From an uncultured Desulfobacter sp. (lineage in GTDB: Bacteria > Desulfobacterota > Desulfobacteria > Desulfobacterales > Desulfobacteraceae): DNA of 64,000 bases. Positions within the stretch are counted from its first letter, which is position 1; the number at the start of each line of letters is the position of its first letter. Made by a program: the position numbers and the translations under genes. This document shows, one piece after another, positions 9,695 to 19,928 of the stretch. The DNA lies in contig OY762069.1 of NCBI GenBank assembly GCA_963665095.1, positions 5,120,001 through 5,184,000 on the forward strand, in the 5' to 3' direction. The notes under the pieces were generated by a model, which was given only the letters and a program-made list of their open reading frames with translations, had not been told where the DNA came from and did not search any database.

Positions 9695-10840
9695 TTACCG
9701 GAACGATTTATAAAGTTTTAAAAAATGAGAAATTACAACTCTATCTGTATACCGGTTGAGTATTTCGCTGTAAAGATTCTCCGGCATTTTTTTATATATG
9801 TCCGGGTGTTTGATGATATTGCAAAGGGCCATGCAGATGGCCTCTGCATCACTGGGTTTGACAAGGATTCCAGTGACATTGTTCCGGATCAGCTGGCTAC
9901 ATCCGGGAACGTTTGTTGTAATAACCAGCCGGCCGACAGCACCTGCTTCAATAAGAATTCTGGGTACGCCTTCTCCATACCGGGTCGGCAGTGCAACAAC
10001 ATCCACCTGCTGAATCAGAGACGGCATGTCATCTACCTGCCCGAGCCATTGAATTTTTTTTGTCACGGCAAGTGACTTGATTTCTGCTTTAGAGTAAGCG
10101 CCTTTGGCCTCAGGGTCAAAAATACCGGCAACCAGCAGATCGCAGGGGAAGCCTTTTGCTTTTGTTTTTTCTACGGCCTGGATCAGGGTATCCAGCCCCT
10201 TGTTTTTCAGCAGACGGGCTGCAAATAATACGCTGAGCCTGTTTGAAGGGGGCTTGGGAGTATATTGGAACCGGCTGGTATCAATGCCGGCTCCGGGAAT
10301 ATGGATCAGTCGTTGCTTTTTTTTCAGGCCGCTTTTTTTAAACTCGGCTTGATCGCCAGTGTTTTCAAAGACAAAGGCACCCTGGTTTCCTTTAGCTGCC
10401 AGTTTATACAAAGAAATAATGAGTTTTCGGATAAGTTTGAAATAAATCTCCTGGCTCGAAAAAACAGCGCCAAGGCCGGTGATGCTTTTAATGGAGGCAA
10501 TACCAAGTTGATTTGCTGCAATGCCTGCGTAAATATTGGGCTTGACGGTAATGCTGTGTACAATGCCCGGTCGTAATCGTTGAAGCGTTTTGTAAATTTG
10601 AAATGCACTTTTAATTTCCTGTACCGGATTGACCCCGCTGCGGGACAGTTGGATATGAATACAGTCAAAGCCCAGGCTCTCCAACTCAGCCTTTAACCCC
10701 GGTGTCACAAAGGCTGCAATTATATATACCCTGTAACCTGCCACCAGTGATGCCATAGCCCTGTTCAGCCAATGGAGCTTGAAATACCAGTCTACATTGA
10801 CAACATACGCCAGTTTGGGATTGTCAGGTTTTTGATCCAT
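9695..10840 (-). CDS. GT4 glycosyltransferase (CapM/PglA-like)
   Basis: VHSITVKPNIY, FAARLLKNKG, YGEGVPRILIEAGAVG, TNVPGC. Confidence 0.9.
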   Translation of the reverse strand: MDQKPDNPKLAYVVNVDWYFKLHWLNRAMASLVAGYRVYIIAAFVTPGLKAELESLGFDCIHIQLSRSGVNPVQEIKSAFQIYKTLQRLRPGIVHSITVKPNIYAGIAANQLGIASIKSITGLGAVFSSQEIYFKLIRKLIISLYKLAAKGNQGAFVFENTGDQAEFKKSGLKKKQRLIHIPGAGIDTSRFQYTPKPPSNRLSVLFAARLLKNKGLDTLIQAVEKTKAKGFPCDLLVAGIFDPEAKGAYSKAEIKSLAVTKKIQWLGQVDDMPSLIQQVDVVALPTRYGEGVPRILIEAGAVGRLVITTNVPGCSQLIRNNVTGILVKPSDAEAICMALCNIIKHPDIYKKMPENLYSEILNRYTDRVVISHFLKLYKSFR

Positions 10841-11777
10841 CTTTTGATCCGTAGCGAAGAATTTTTTTTATGGGGTCGGTTTGTCCAAATCTGTTGAAAT
10901 TACCGGTTATCCCGTCCCGAATACCAGTTATAAATAATTTTAACCCGGCTGAGTCAGGCGAATTTTTCAGGATAAAACCGGCCAGGCGAACAAGCTTGAA
11001 AAACGCCAGCCCCAGAAAAGCTGGTCCTGTGCATAGAGGGCTAAGACAAAAAATATTCCGTGCAAGGAAATAGATTTTCCAGGCAGGCATCCGGTTATTC
11101 GGTTCTACATTGTGAAAGAATTTTAACTCCGGTATAAAAACAAGGCGATATCCTGACTTGTGAAGCCAAAGCGTATAAAAAATATCATCGTAGTAGATGA
11201 ACAGGTTCGCGTTGATGGCGTCCCTGGTCTGCTGCAGGACATCAAACCTGATAAAAAAACCTACAAATGAGGCTGCTTCCACAGGAGTGATCGCATTGCC
11301 TATGTCTTTTGGAGTGATGAGCATTTTATTTCGCCCTGAAAGGTATCTGAAAAGGCGACCCGGGGTTGATGGATAACGCTTTATTGGCGTATTCATCAAT
11401 GGAAGAGGATCTCCCGGGGCACGTACATGGCAGGCAACGGCATGGTAATTTTTCAGGTTGAATCGCCTGAACTTTTCAATAAGGTCTTCATCAGGCAATG
11501 CGTCATCATCAAAAAAAACAACCCAGTCAGTTTTTATATGACGGGTAATCCAATGGGTGCCAAAGGAAAACCCCCCCGCACCTCCGATATTTTTAATGTG
11601 AACGGCAGTCAGCCGGGAATCTTTCAGCCCATTCAGGTATTCTGTCGTTCCATCCGTGGAGCCGCAGTTTACCACCACAATACCATGGAAATCCTGGGCA
11701 AACGTTCGGGAGATGGTCGTTTTCAGTTTGTCAAGGCGGTTGTGGGTGACAATCAAGGCCGTTATGTTTTGTCCCAA
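10824..11777 (-). CDS. GT2 glycosyltransferase (GlfT1-like, possible galactofuranosyltransferase)
   Basis: VTHNRL, NIGGAGGF, FFDDDA, ASFVG, FIYYDD. TTG start; overlaps the next GT4 gene. Confidence 0.8.
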   Translation of the reverse strand: MGQNITALIVTHNRLDKLKTTISRTFAQDFHGIVVVNCGSTDGTTEYLNGLKDSRLTAVHIKNIGGAGGFSFGTHWITRHIKTDWVVFFDDDALPDEDLIEKFRRFNLKNYHAVACHVRAPGDPLPLMNTPIKRYPSTPGRLFRYLSGRNKMLITPKDIGNAITPVEAASFVGFFIRFDVLQQTRDAINANLFIYYDDIFYTLWLHKSGYRLVFIPELKFFHNVEPNNRMPAWKIYFLARNIFCLSPLCTGPAFLGLAFFKLVRLAGFILKNSPDSAGLKLFITGIRDGITGNFNRFGQTDPIKKILRYGSKDGSKT

Positions 11778-12073
11778 GATAAGATAATCCTGTTTTATTC
11801 CTGTTTGTCAGGCCCAGGTGATTTTTTTCAAACACTCAGGTGGTTTACTGAATCTTCATATTTTGAGGGAAACGTCGAAAATATCCGGAAATTTGGCCTG
11901 GAAGTCAAGCAAAAAGAGACAGAAACTCCCAGAAACGAATAGGCGATGTTTTCTGCAAATTTTCTCTCCATGGCACTTTTGAATATTTTTAAGACCGTGT
12001 CTGTTGTCTGATTCTTTTACCTCAGAAGGAGTCCGTTGAATTCCAATAAGAGACACCCAATGATCTTTCTGCG

Positions 12074-14155
12074 TTAATTTTGATCTATGAAACCGATTCC
12101 GGTTAGCAGGAAAGACAGCTCTCTGACATCTGTTGTGCCTTTGTCAAAAAACGAAGGTACGTAAGCCTTATCTGATGTAATTAAAAAAGATGTCCGATGG
12201 CCAAACGCCAAGGTGTCGGGCAGGTCAAAAATTAATTTCTGATAGCCTCTTACAATATTTTTTTTGCTTAGTTTAATTCCATCAATGGATAGTGTTACGG
12301 CATTATGGTAAGAGCGCCACGCTTCAGGTACATATATCTCAACGGCAAATTGTATTTTTCCTTTTTTCTGTTCCGGAACGGCCATTTCCCCGGATAAATG
12401 CCGGCCGACCCAGCCATCATTGAATAATCCGTCAAAAAGAGAGCGCTTTATCTGATCACCATGATAATACATCGGTGCTTTTTGGGGAGGGGCAATGGAT
12501 TCGTTCATATGGATTACCTGGTCCTTAAATGATTTAGGGCGTCTGTCTGTTGTGTAGATACCGTTTTTCTGGACAGAGAAAAACATCTCAACATCATCAA
12601 TGCAAATATCTTCTCCCATATTTTCGATTTGAAGCGTTCCCTGTCTTACCGCAGGTAAATCACTACAGGAAATCAACTGGGATTTTAAAGAGGACATGGT
12701 AATATGTTCTGTCTTGAGTACCGCGTCGTTTTTGTCTTTTATTGTTATTGAAACCGCTCCGTTTTCAGCAGCACCCTGTTCAGGTTTTGCTGTGAATTGA
12801 ACCGTTACACAGATGCTGTTGTTATCCGGTGGCGGCCCGGCTCCCTTGAGGTGAAAAGACTGATTAATACTGCCGGATCTATGAAGCAGCACCTCGAATT
12901 CATTTTCAGCAGTTTTCTTTTTTACATGTTCGCCCTTTATTACGCACCACCCCTTTAAATCTCTTTCAAATGAGCTGTTGGCCAGTAAATTGGCATTTAA
13001 ATCATCCAGTGCCCATAGTGCATAGCCTATGGTTCCCTTGGAGATGAGCGGGGCAGATTTGTCAATGAATTTGGTGAGTTCATCCGATGCTATTTTGGTG
13101 TTTTTTTCAAAACCAATGGTATTGTCTATGAAATTAAACTGATCAATAAATATCTGATTGTCTGTTTTTGTTTTGATGGTATCGATAAGGTATTTCAATC
13201 GGGCAATTGCCGTATCGGCACTTGCAATATCTCCATTATTGGGCGCCCCCCACGCCGGTGTATAGTAAATTGTGGTGATGTCACCCTCACCGTTCAAATC
13301 AAACGTCTTGTCATGGCAGATATATTTTCTGTCATCATTGGACGGGTCGCAGTCCACCCGGACCTCCATGGACAGGCCAGGGAATAATTGCTTTGTTCTG
13401 GAGAATATAGAAAGGAGATACTCGTCCCAGAATTCATAAAATAATGCAACTGCCTTGGAGTCTCGGGAAGGAATGGGGACTTGAGCATGATCTGTAAATT
13501 CCTGGTTATAATAACGGGATATCTCTTCAATAGAATATTTTTTTAAGAATTCATCAAATTTGAGCCTGCCGGCGATTTTCAATCTCAAACTTAAAGGAAT
13601 TCTCATGAGGTCCAGAAGGAAAAAATCTTCCCAGGTGATAAAGCCAAATAAAAAATTATCATGTTCCTGTGAGATCTTGTAAAGCTTTTCAACGTAGCTG
13701 CCCCATGCATCCCATGTATTGCCGTCTGTGTTTATGGAAATAATTCTTTCCATATGGTCGGGAGTGCTTGGGACCTCTCCAATCTCATGGGCATACCCAA
13801 AACGGAAAATGACGTTTAAGCCGTGTTCCCCGGCCATATGCATTAGGGTTTCAAGATGTTGAAAGTATTCTTCTTTGAAAATAACGGGCGCAATGGAATA
13901 TTGAAATCCGGACCAGGGGATAATGACAACTATGGTATTGATTTTATTGTCCTTCAGGCGGGTGAAATCCCTGGTCAGGTTGTCCGTATCAAAATTGCTC
14001 CAGAAAGATGGTGCCCAGTGGCCGCTTGTATAATGTACTGCAGCAATTTTTTCATGGCTGAATACAGCCCCAAAGCAGTTGATTGGTACCAGAAACAGCA
14101 GGCATAACACGATAAAACAGTGCATGGATTTTTTAATCTGCTTTTCTTTGGCCAT
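12074..14155 (-). CDS. Secreted GH-A-clan-like TIM-barrel protein with CBM-like and C-terminal beta-sandwich domains
   Basis: Hydrophobic N-terminus; DFTRLKDNKINTIVVIIPWSGFQ, GFITWED, NSSFE (CBM-like start), DGWVG...DVRELS tail. Confidence 0.55.
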   Translation of the reverse strand: MAKEKQIKKSMHCFIVLCLLFLVPINCFGAVFSHEKIAAVHYTSGHWAPSFWSNFDTDNLTRDFTRLKDNKINTIVVIIPWSGFQYSIAPVIFKEEYFQHLETLMHMAGEHGLNVIFRFGYAHEIGEVPSTPDHMERIISINTDGNTWDAWGSYVEKLYKISQEHDNFLFGFITWEDFFLLDLMRIPLSLRLKIAGRLKFDEFLKKYSIEEISRYYNQEFTDHAQVPIPSRDSKAVALFYEFWDEYLLSIFSRTKQLFPGLSMEVRVDCDPSNDDRKYICHDKTFDLNGEGDITTIYYTPAWGAPNNGDIASADTAIARLKYLIDTIKTKTDNQIFIDQFNFIDNTIGFEKNTKIASDELTKFIDKSAPLISKGTIGYALWALDDLNANLLANSSFERDLKGWCVIKGEHVKKKTAENEFEVLLHRSGSINQSFHLKGAGPPPDNNSICVTVQFTAKPEQGAAENGAVSITIKDKNDAVLKTEHITMSSLKSQLISCSDLPAVRQGTLQIENMGEDICIDDVEMFFSVQKNGIYTTDRRPKSFKDQVIHMNESIAPPQKAPMYYHGDQIKRSLFDGLFNDGWVGRHLSGEMAVPEQKKGKIQFAVEIYVPEAWRSYHNAVTLSIDGIKLSKKNIVRGYQKLIFDLPDTLAFGHRTSFLITSDKAYVPSFFDKGTTDVRELSFLLTGIGFIDQN

Positions 14156-14358
14156 ATTTTCATCTCCATTTTTTAAGAAAGTGTTGTTGCTGTCAATATA
14201 TCTGGAAAAAACCATAAATGTGTTTTGTGGTACTTGAAATTATGATATGCACTTAGCCTGTATGACTGATAGAAATCGAACAACTCTACCCAAAATCCAT
14301 AAGGCTTACAAGCTTAAAATGGGCGTCTTCTAATCTTTTGAAATTTATGGGCTATTTT

Positions 14359-15705
14359 ATGAATCTTAAGAAGTTTTATACAGTTGCCAGGATGATTGCC
14401 ATCTGTTGGCTGGTGTTTATCATTGCGTTTTTTTATGGGATTTATATCTATGCAAATCAAATATGGCCCTATCCGATTGTCGATGCAATGCAAAAATTTG
14501 CAGCTGGTGATCCGGAAGAAAAAACCTCCCTGGTGGAAAAATTGGAAAATGACCTGGATATTGTCCCGGCCAGGCACATTGTTGATTGTGAGAAAAAATA
14601 TCCGATTCCTTCCGGTTATAAAGAACTGAAAGGAATTGAGATGAATGCCCGCCGTCAGCTCCCCAGGGTTTTCTTCTCAGATGCAGCCCCCAGAGGATAC
14701 CGTTTGATCTACGGCGTTTTTGATTTTAAAAAATCCCTTCATGGCGCTATTCTTTTCGGGCCTGACGGGAATGTTGAAAATGTCTGGTATACCACTCAGG
14801 AGGATGTTGAGTGGCATCACAGGCCTGACAAAAACTGTTACCCGCATGGGTTCGTCATTGGGCATGATGGTACCATCGTAACCGCATATGATGGAGGAAC
14901 TTCACTGACCAAATATGACTGGTGTGGAAATATTCTCTGGCGGAATAAAGGCGCCTTTCACCATTCAATTTCCTTTGACGCAGATAATGCCATTTGGGTA
15001 TGGGGTAAGGCCGGGGAGGTGGAGAAACCGGACGGAAATCATCTGATAAAGGTTGATTATCAGACAGGCAGGATAATCAAAGAATTTCATATGAACGAGG
15101 TGATAAACGCCAATCCGGACATTGATATTTTCAGTATTATGCAGGAAGACACCCCTGAAGGTTCGAAATGGATATTCGATGCCTGGCATACCAATGACAT
15201 TGACCCTTTACCCGAAGAACTGTCTGGTTATTATCCGCAATTTGACGCCGGAGACCTGTTGATCAGTCTCAGGGCGATTGACCTGATTTGTGTCATTGAT
15301 CAGGATAATTATAAGGTAAAGTGGTGGCGTCAGGGGATGAGCCGAAGGCAGCATGATCCGGATTGGAACACCAAAGGAACCATTACCATATTCAATAACA
15401 ATATGCACCGGGGATTTTCCAATATTTTAGAAGTAAACCCTAAGACGTATGAATCTAACAAGGTCGTTGATGGCGAACGATATCAATTTTATTCCTGGAT
15501 GAGGGGCAAACATCAGTTACTTCCCAATGGGGGCTATCTGATAACCTCAACCCAGCAGGGCAGGGTCTTTGAAATCAACGAAAAAGGTGATATTGTCTTT
15601 GAGTTTGTAAATTTTTTCGGGAAGGACGAAGGCTTTTTGGCTCTGTCGGAGGCTGTTTTTCTCCCGCTGGATTATTTTAAGGAGTTACCTGAATGCACAA
15701 AGTAA
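14359..15705 (+). CDS. Arylsulfotransferase (ASST family, PAPS-independent), membrane-anchored
   Basis: N-terminal TM helix; FHHSI, WHTNDID, LISLR, RQHDP and QLLPNGGYLIT motifs typical of ASST beta-propellers. Confidence 0.8.
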   Translation: MNLKKFYTVARMIAICWLVFIIAFFYGIYIYANQIWPYPIVDAMQKFAAGDPEEKTSLVEKLENDLDIVPARHIVDCEKKYPIPSGYKELKGIEMNARRQLPRVFFSDAAPRGYRLIYGVFDFKKSLHGAILFGPDGNVENVWYTTQEDVEWHHRPDKNCYPHGFVIGHDGTIVTAYDGGTSLTKYDWCGNILWRNKGAFHHSISFDADNAIWVWGKAGEVEKPDGNHLIKVDYQTGRIIKEFHMNEVINANPDIDIFSIMQEDTPEGSKWIFDAWHTNDIDPLPEELSGYYPQFDAGDLLISLRAIDLICVIDQDNYKVKWWRQGMSRRQHDPDWNTKGTITIFNNNMHRGFSNILEVNPKTYESNKVVDGERYQFYSWMRGKHQLLPNGGYLITSTQQGRVFEINEKGDIVFEFVNFFGKDEGFLALSEAVFLPLDYFKELPECTK

Positions 15706-15899
15706 TAAGTGTTTTAATAATAATTTTGCTTTTTCCTTTGCCTGTTTATGCTTATGTGGGGCCGGGGCTCGGCTTAGGCGCCCTGGGGGCCGTACTTGGA
15801 GTGATCTTTTCTATATTTTTAGCTATATTTGCTATTTTCTGGTATCCCATTAAACGACTAATCCGGAAAATAAAGGGTGAAAAACAAGCGGAGCGGTGA
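15693..15899 (+). CDS. Small membrane protein: signal peptide, YVGPG motif, one TM helix, basic tail
   Basis: 68 aa; overlaps both neighbours; VYA|YVGPGLGLGALG...WYPIKRLIRK. Confidence 0.8.
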   Translation: MHKVISVLIIILLFPLPVYAYVGPGLGLGALGAVLGVIFSIFLAIFAIFWYPIKRLIRKIKGEKQAER

Positions 15900-17374
15900 T
15901 GTCGGATAGTTTGTTTATATATCTTCCGTCCATTGTTGTTTCGGTTATAGCTGTTGTCGAGCTTTTATTTCGGCTCCCCTTTGCCAGTCACGTAAATCAG
16001 GTGCGGAATATCTCTTCTAAAGCTATTCATACCGTAACCAGTTCAAAAGTTTCAGATCGCTGGAAAGAAAAGGTTTTACCTGTTTATTCATTTAAAATTT
16101 TTTGTTCCAGTATCATGTTCGGTATTTACCTGGTTGCGGCTTTTTCTGTTTTCATTTCCATCTATGCCCTGGTGGGGCTTGTTTTTTTTGATACCTTCCA
16201 TGATTCGGTTAAAAGCCTTTACCAATGGGAAATTGAAGGTATTATCTGTATTGTCGGTATCGGATACGCCTGGTTTCGGAAGAACATGGCCAGGCGCGGA
16301 TTAAAAGAATCCAATGCGGATGATTATTCTGCATCTTCCAAGCTTCTTCACCACATGGCCCTTGGCAGTAATGCCATCAGGGAAATCTCCTTTGATATTG
16401 ACTGCATGGTGACCAAGGCTTCCGTTGATGTCGGAACAGATGCGCCGGTATATGTGTCCGGCCTGGCAAGGGCCGGGACAACCATTCTCATGGAATCCCT
16501 TTATAAGACAGGTTTATTTGCCTGTCTGACATACAGGGATATGCCCTTTGTTCTGGCCCCGGGGCTGTGGTCAAAGATTTCAGGACGCCATCGTACCCAA
16601 TCAGAATTAAAGGAACGGGCACATGGGGACAGGCTTCTGGTAAACTATGACAGCCCGGAAGCCTTTGAGGAGGTGTTCTGGAAAACGTTCTCTCCCAAAA
16701 AGTATATCCATGATTCCCACCTTGAAATCTGGAACCGGGATGACAATGAACTTGTGGAGAAATATCGAAGATATGTCGCCAATATCATTCATACAAAGGG
16801 GGATGGCAGCGCCTTAAAAAAGCGTTACCTTGCAAAAAATAACAACAATTTACTCCGCATAAATACAATTGTCTCAGCTTTTCCGGATGCTAAAATCATT
16901 GTGCCCTTCCGTCACCCTGTGGATCATGCTGGTTCTCTTATGGCACAGCATACACGATTTTTGGAAGTACATAAGAGTGACCCATTTGCACGTGCTTATA
17001 TGAATTGGCTGGGGCATTTTGAATTCGGTTCTGAATTCAAACCGTTTAACATGGGGGCGGCCTGTCTGCCCGAGTCAACTGACGTTCTTCTGGATCAGGC
17101 CTACTGGCTGGAATATTGGCGGCAGATTTACCAATATATTATAAAAAAACATACCGGCCAGGTGATCTTTTTTGACTATAATTATTTTTGCCAGTTCCCG
17201 GCCAAAGTCTTTGAGCGGATTGAGGATAAGCTGGGGATAAAAGAGAATAAACTGCTCAGTCTGGCCGGGAGCATCAAGCCTGCAACCTCATACTGCGCTG
17301 CATCAGGAAAAGGCCTCTCTTTCGAAGTTAAGAAAGTCTATCAGATGCTCCGGGAGCTATCTATAACGGATTGA
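15896..17374 (+). CDS. PAPS-dependent sulfotransferase fused to an N-terminal multi-TM domain
   Basis: About three hydrophobic segments in the first 130 aa; 5'-PSB SGLARAGTT, KNNNN, 3'-PB FRHPVDHAGS. Confidence 0.85.
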   Translation: MMSDSLFIYLPSIVVSVIAVVELLFRLPFASHVNQVRNISSKAIHTVTSSKVSDRWKEKVLPVYSFKIFCSSIMFGIYLVAAFSVFISIYALVGLVFFDTFHDSVKSLYQWEIEGIICIVGIGYAWFRKNMARRGLKESNADDYSASSKLLHHMALGSNAIREISFDIDCMVTKASVDVGTDAPVYVSGLARAGTTILMESLYKTGLFACLTYRDMPFVLAPGLWSKISGRHRTQSELKERAHGDRLLVNYDSPEAFEEVFWKTFSPKKYIHDSHLEIWNRDDNELVEKYRRYVANIIHTKGDGSALKKRYLAKNNNNLLRINTIVSAFPDAKIIVPFRHPVDHAGSLMAQHTRFLEVHKSDPFARAYMNWLGHFEFGSEFKPFNMGAACLPESTDVLLDQAYWLEYWRQIYQYIIKKHTGQVIFFDYNYFCQFPAKVFERIEDKLGIKENKLLSLAGSIKPATSYCAASGKGLSFEVKKVYQMLRELSITD

Positions 17375-17487
17375 CATCCTCTGCCATTTTTAAAACTGCA
17401 GGGTGATAACCGCAACACCGCTACCGGCAGACTTGCTCCTTCGTTGAATTATCCTGCTATCTCGATGGATTCTATGCAAGACCAGTA

Positions 17488-19206
17488 TTAATTTACAGCG
17501 CCTGTAAAATCAGTCCCGTCATCCTTGGCCAGTACCCCTTCCTGAGTGATACTGATATTGACGGTTTCAGCAGTTGGGCTGCCATCCTGATCAATCAGGG
17601 TCACCCTGGCTTTTCCGGTTGTTTGAATTTCGAGGGAACCACGGGTTCTCCAGAGAGAACTATTACGTGAGGCTATTCCTTGAACAGCCCAGAGACCCTG
17701 CAAATCAGAAACCGTGTACGGGGTATTTTGTCTGACCCATATTTTCATTTCACTTGCACCGGGGGAGTCTGTTGTCCATGTTTCAGTGGATACCAATACT
17801 GTTTTATTGGCATTCAGGTTGCCTTGAAATTCCCAGGAATCTCTTCCTGTCATGGTAATTGCGCCATTTTGATCAATGTTGAATTGGCCGGTTACGGTAT
17901 CCTCTTCTCCATCAATTTCTACTAAGGAGGCGACAAAGAACCCATCGGCATTGATAGTTGCTGTTCCACGAATCCACCAGGGGGAATCTGATCCGGATGC
18001 CAGCCCATGAAATGTCCAGGTCCCCTGCAGATCGGAAATTGAGTAAGTATCGGCCTGTTTGACCCACATTTTTATTTCACTTGCCCCGGGATCTCCGGAA
18101 CTCCAGGTGTCTGTACTTGCAATGACGGTTTTTCCCACATCCAGATTCCCCGAGAAAGTATTACCGCCATTCTGGGATACCGTGCCGTAGCTGGAGATTT
18201 GAAGGGCACCCGAAAGAGAATAAGACGCTTCGTTGCTGTCTGTTACATCCGCCTGATAAGATCCGTCTGCCTCGATTTCCAAGGTGGCTCTTTCCCACCA
18301 TGGGCCTCCGGGCGCGGTTGCCAGGCTGTGGGAAGACCATGTCCCGCATAAATCAGAAATTGAATAAGAGGTGCCCTGCTTAAGCCAGACATCCATCTCT
18401 GCCGCCCCGGTATCCTCTGAACTCCAGGTCTGTGTCCCGACAGCGATTGTGGATTGTTCCGTATCTGTTGACTGGCAAACTGCGGTTCCTCCGATTATGG
18501 GCAGATCCTCTGGCTCGCTTTCGGGGTCTGTCACAGCCCGAACAACGACAATATATTGTCCTTTGTTCGGAAAAACGTATTCGCAGGTGTTTTCAGTGGC
18601 GTAATCCTGAACAACCACCCATGGGCTGTTTTCATACTCATTGGTTCCGTGATTTCCACGGTAAAACCATTTAAAATAGATATCATCGCCGTTGCCACTT
18701 GACGCATTAGCTGTATAGGTCACGGCAGTGCCGGAATTCACCGGGCCGTCTGAGTCCGATGACAGTCCGGAGATGTGGACTGCGTTTGTATTGCCGATCG
18801 CTACGACACTGCCAATAATAGGCAGCTCCGCCGGTTCGTTTTCAGGATCGGACACAACCCTGGCAACCACAATATATGTTCCGTCTGAAGGGAACGTGAA
18901 TGTGCAGCTGTTATCCAATGAATAGGGTTGCATCACCACCCATGGTGAATTCTCATAATCTGCTGTGCCATAGTTGGCACAGTAGAAAAATTTGTAGTAG
19001 AGGTCCGCATCGCTTTGGTCTGATCCCTCGACGGAAAAAAGGACAGGCAAATTTGATTCCAATGTCCCTGAAATATTCATGGTAAAGGGAACAATCTGAT
19101 TGTCTGAAGCCTGGCTTGGCCATGGGAACGTCAAAAAAATAAAAGCGAAAAAAAGAACGGTTTTAATATTTTTCAACACTGGAAATTTTGAAACAATTTT
19201 CATCAT
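17488..19206 (-). CDS. Secreted repeat protein: two Ig-like repeats plus three ~110-aa beta-rich repeats
   Basis: Signal peptide ending SQA; NYGTxxYENSPW twice; SDLxGxW...W.R three times. Confidence 0.75.
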   Translation of the reverse strand: MMKIVSKFPVLKNIKTVLFFAFIFLTFPWPSQASDNQIVPFTMNISGTLESNLPVLFSVEGSDQSDADLYYKFFYCANYGTADYENSPWVVMQPYSLDNSCTFTFPSDGTYIVVARVVSDPENEPAELPIIGSVVAIGNTNAVHISGLSSDSDGPVNSGTAVTYTANASSGNGDDIYFKWFYRGNHGTNEYENSPWVVVQDYATENTCEYVFPNKGQYIVVVRAVTDPESEPEDLPIIGGTAVCQSTDTEQSTIAVGTQTWSSEDTGAAEMDVWLKQGTSYSISDLCGTWSSHSLATAPGGPWWERATLEIEADGSYQADVTDSNEASYSLSGALQISSYGTVSQNGGNTFSGNLDVGKTVIASTDTWSSGDPGASEIKMWVKQADTYSISDLQGTWTFHGLASGSDSPWWIRGTATINADGFFVASLVEIDGEEDTVTGQFNIDQNGAITMTGRDSWEFQGNLNANKTVLVSTETWTTDSPGASEMKIWVRQNTPYTVSDLQGLWAVQGIASRNSSLWRTRGSLEIQTTGKARVTLIDQDGSPTAETVNISITQEGVLAKDDGTDFTGAVN

Positions 19207-19661
19207 GGCTCCTTATTACGGATTTAAAAAACGTCTGTTATTAAATCAGATCCTTCAAAACCGAACTATTGTAACCGACTGAATCAACTGATAAGGATCA
19301 GCGATCCTAAATCAGGGCATAATGAGGCTGATAAAATGCATAATCAAGGCTCTCATATATGTCGACAATAAGGTATGATGTTCTTTAATCCGTGTAAGCC
19401 TTGTTTAGAAAAGCTGAACAAAAAACGTATACAACAGCACCTCGGAAAAATACAGGGAAATTTTTTGCAGTCCAAAATAAATTGATTTTCTGCATTCCAA
19501 TGCAGCGAAAAAGAAGCCCCTTGCTGCTATCCAGACTTCTGCAGTAGCTTTATTTGTATGCACAGGTTGCAATGTTGATGAATAAGGCCTGAGCCTTGAC
19601 CCTTTTACAGGGGTGCGTATCTTTATTTAAACAGACACATATATAAAAAGGAGCGGATAAA

Positions 19662-19874
19662 ATGACACAGGTTTATGTATTTAAAGGGTTTCCTTTTGAA
19701 AAAGGTCAAAAAATACGAATTGAAGATTCTCCTCGTGCCGGGGACTGGGAAGTGGTTGATGTTTCAAAACATAAAGTGACGCTCCGTTGTCCCATTTCAA
19801 AAAAAGAGTTCACCTGGGACCGGTTTTGCTATATGACTGAAAAGGTTGAGGGACTTTGGCCCCAACCTGATTGA
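19662..19874 (+). CDS. Small hypothetical protein (beta-rich, SH3-like pattern)
   Basis: AGGAG RBS; 70 aa FEKGQKIRIE...GDWEVV...LRCPIS. Confidence 0.75.
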   Translation: MTQVYVFKGFPFEKGQKIRIEDSPRAGDWEVVDVSKHKVTLRCPISKKEFTWDRFCYMTEKVEGLWPQPD

Positions 19875-19928
19875 AATATTGCCCGTCCATAAAGCAGGAA
19901 AGCCCGGGCAGACGGAAAGGCGGTATTT

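Noticed and set aside
19355..19392. Possible sigma28 promoter on the minus strand (TAAA...GTCGACAT)
   Set aside because: The spacer is 17 nt and the -10 has mismatches, so the match is too weak.
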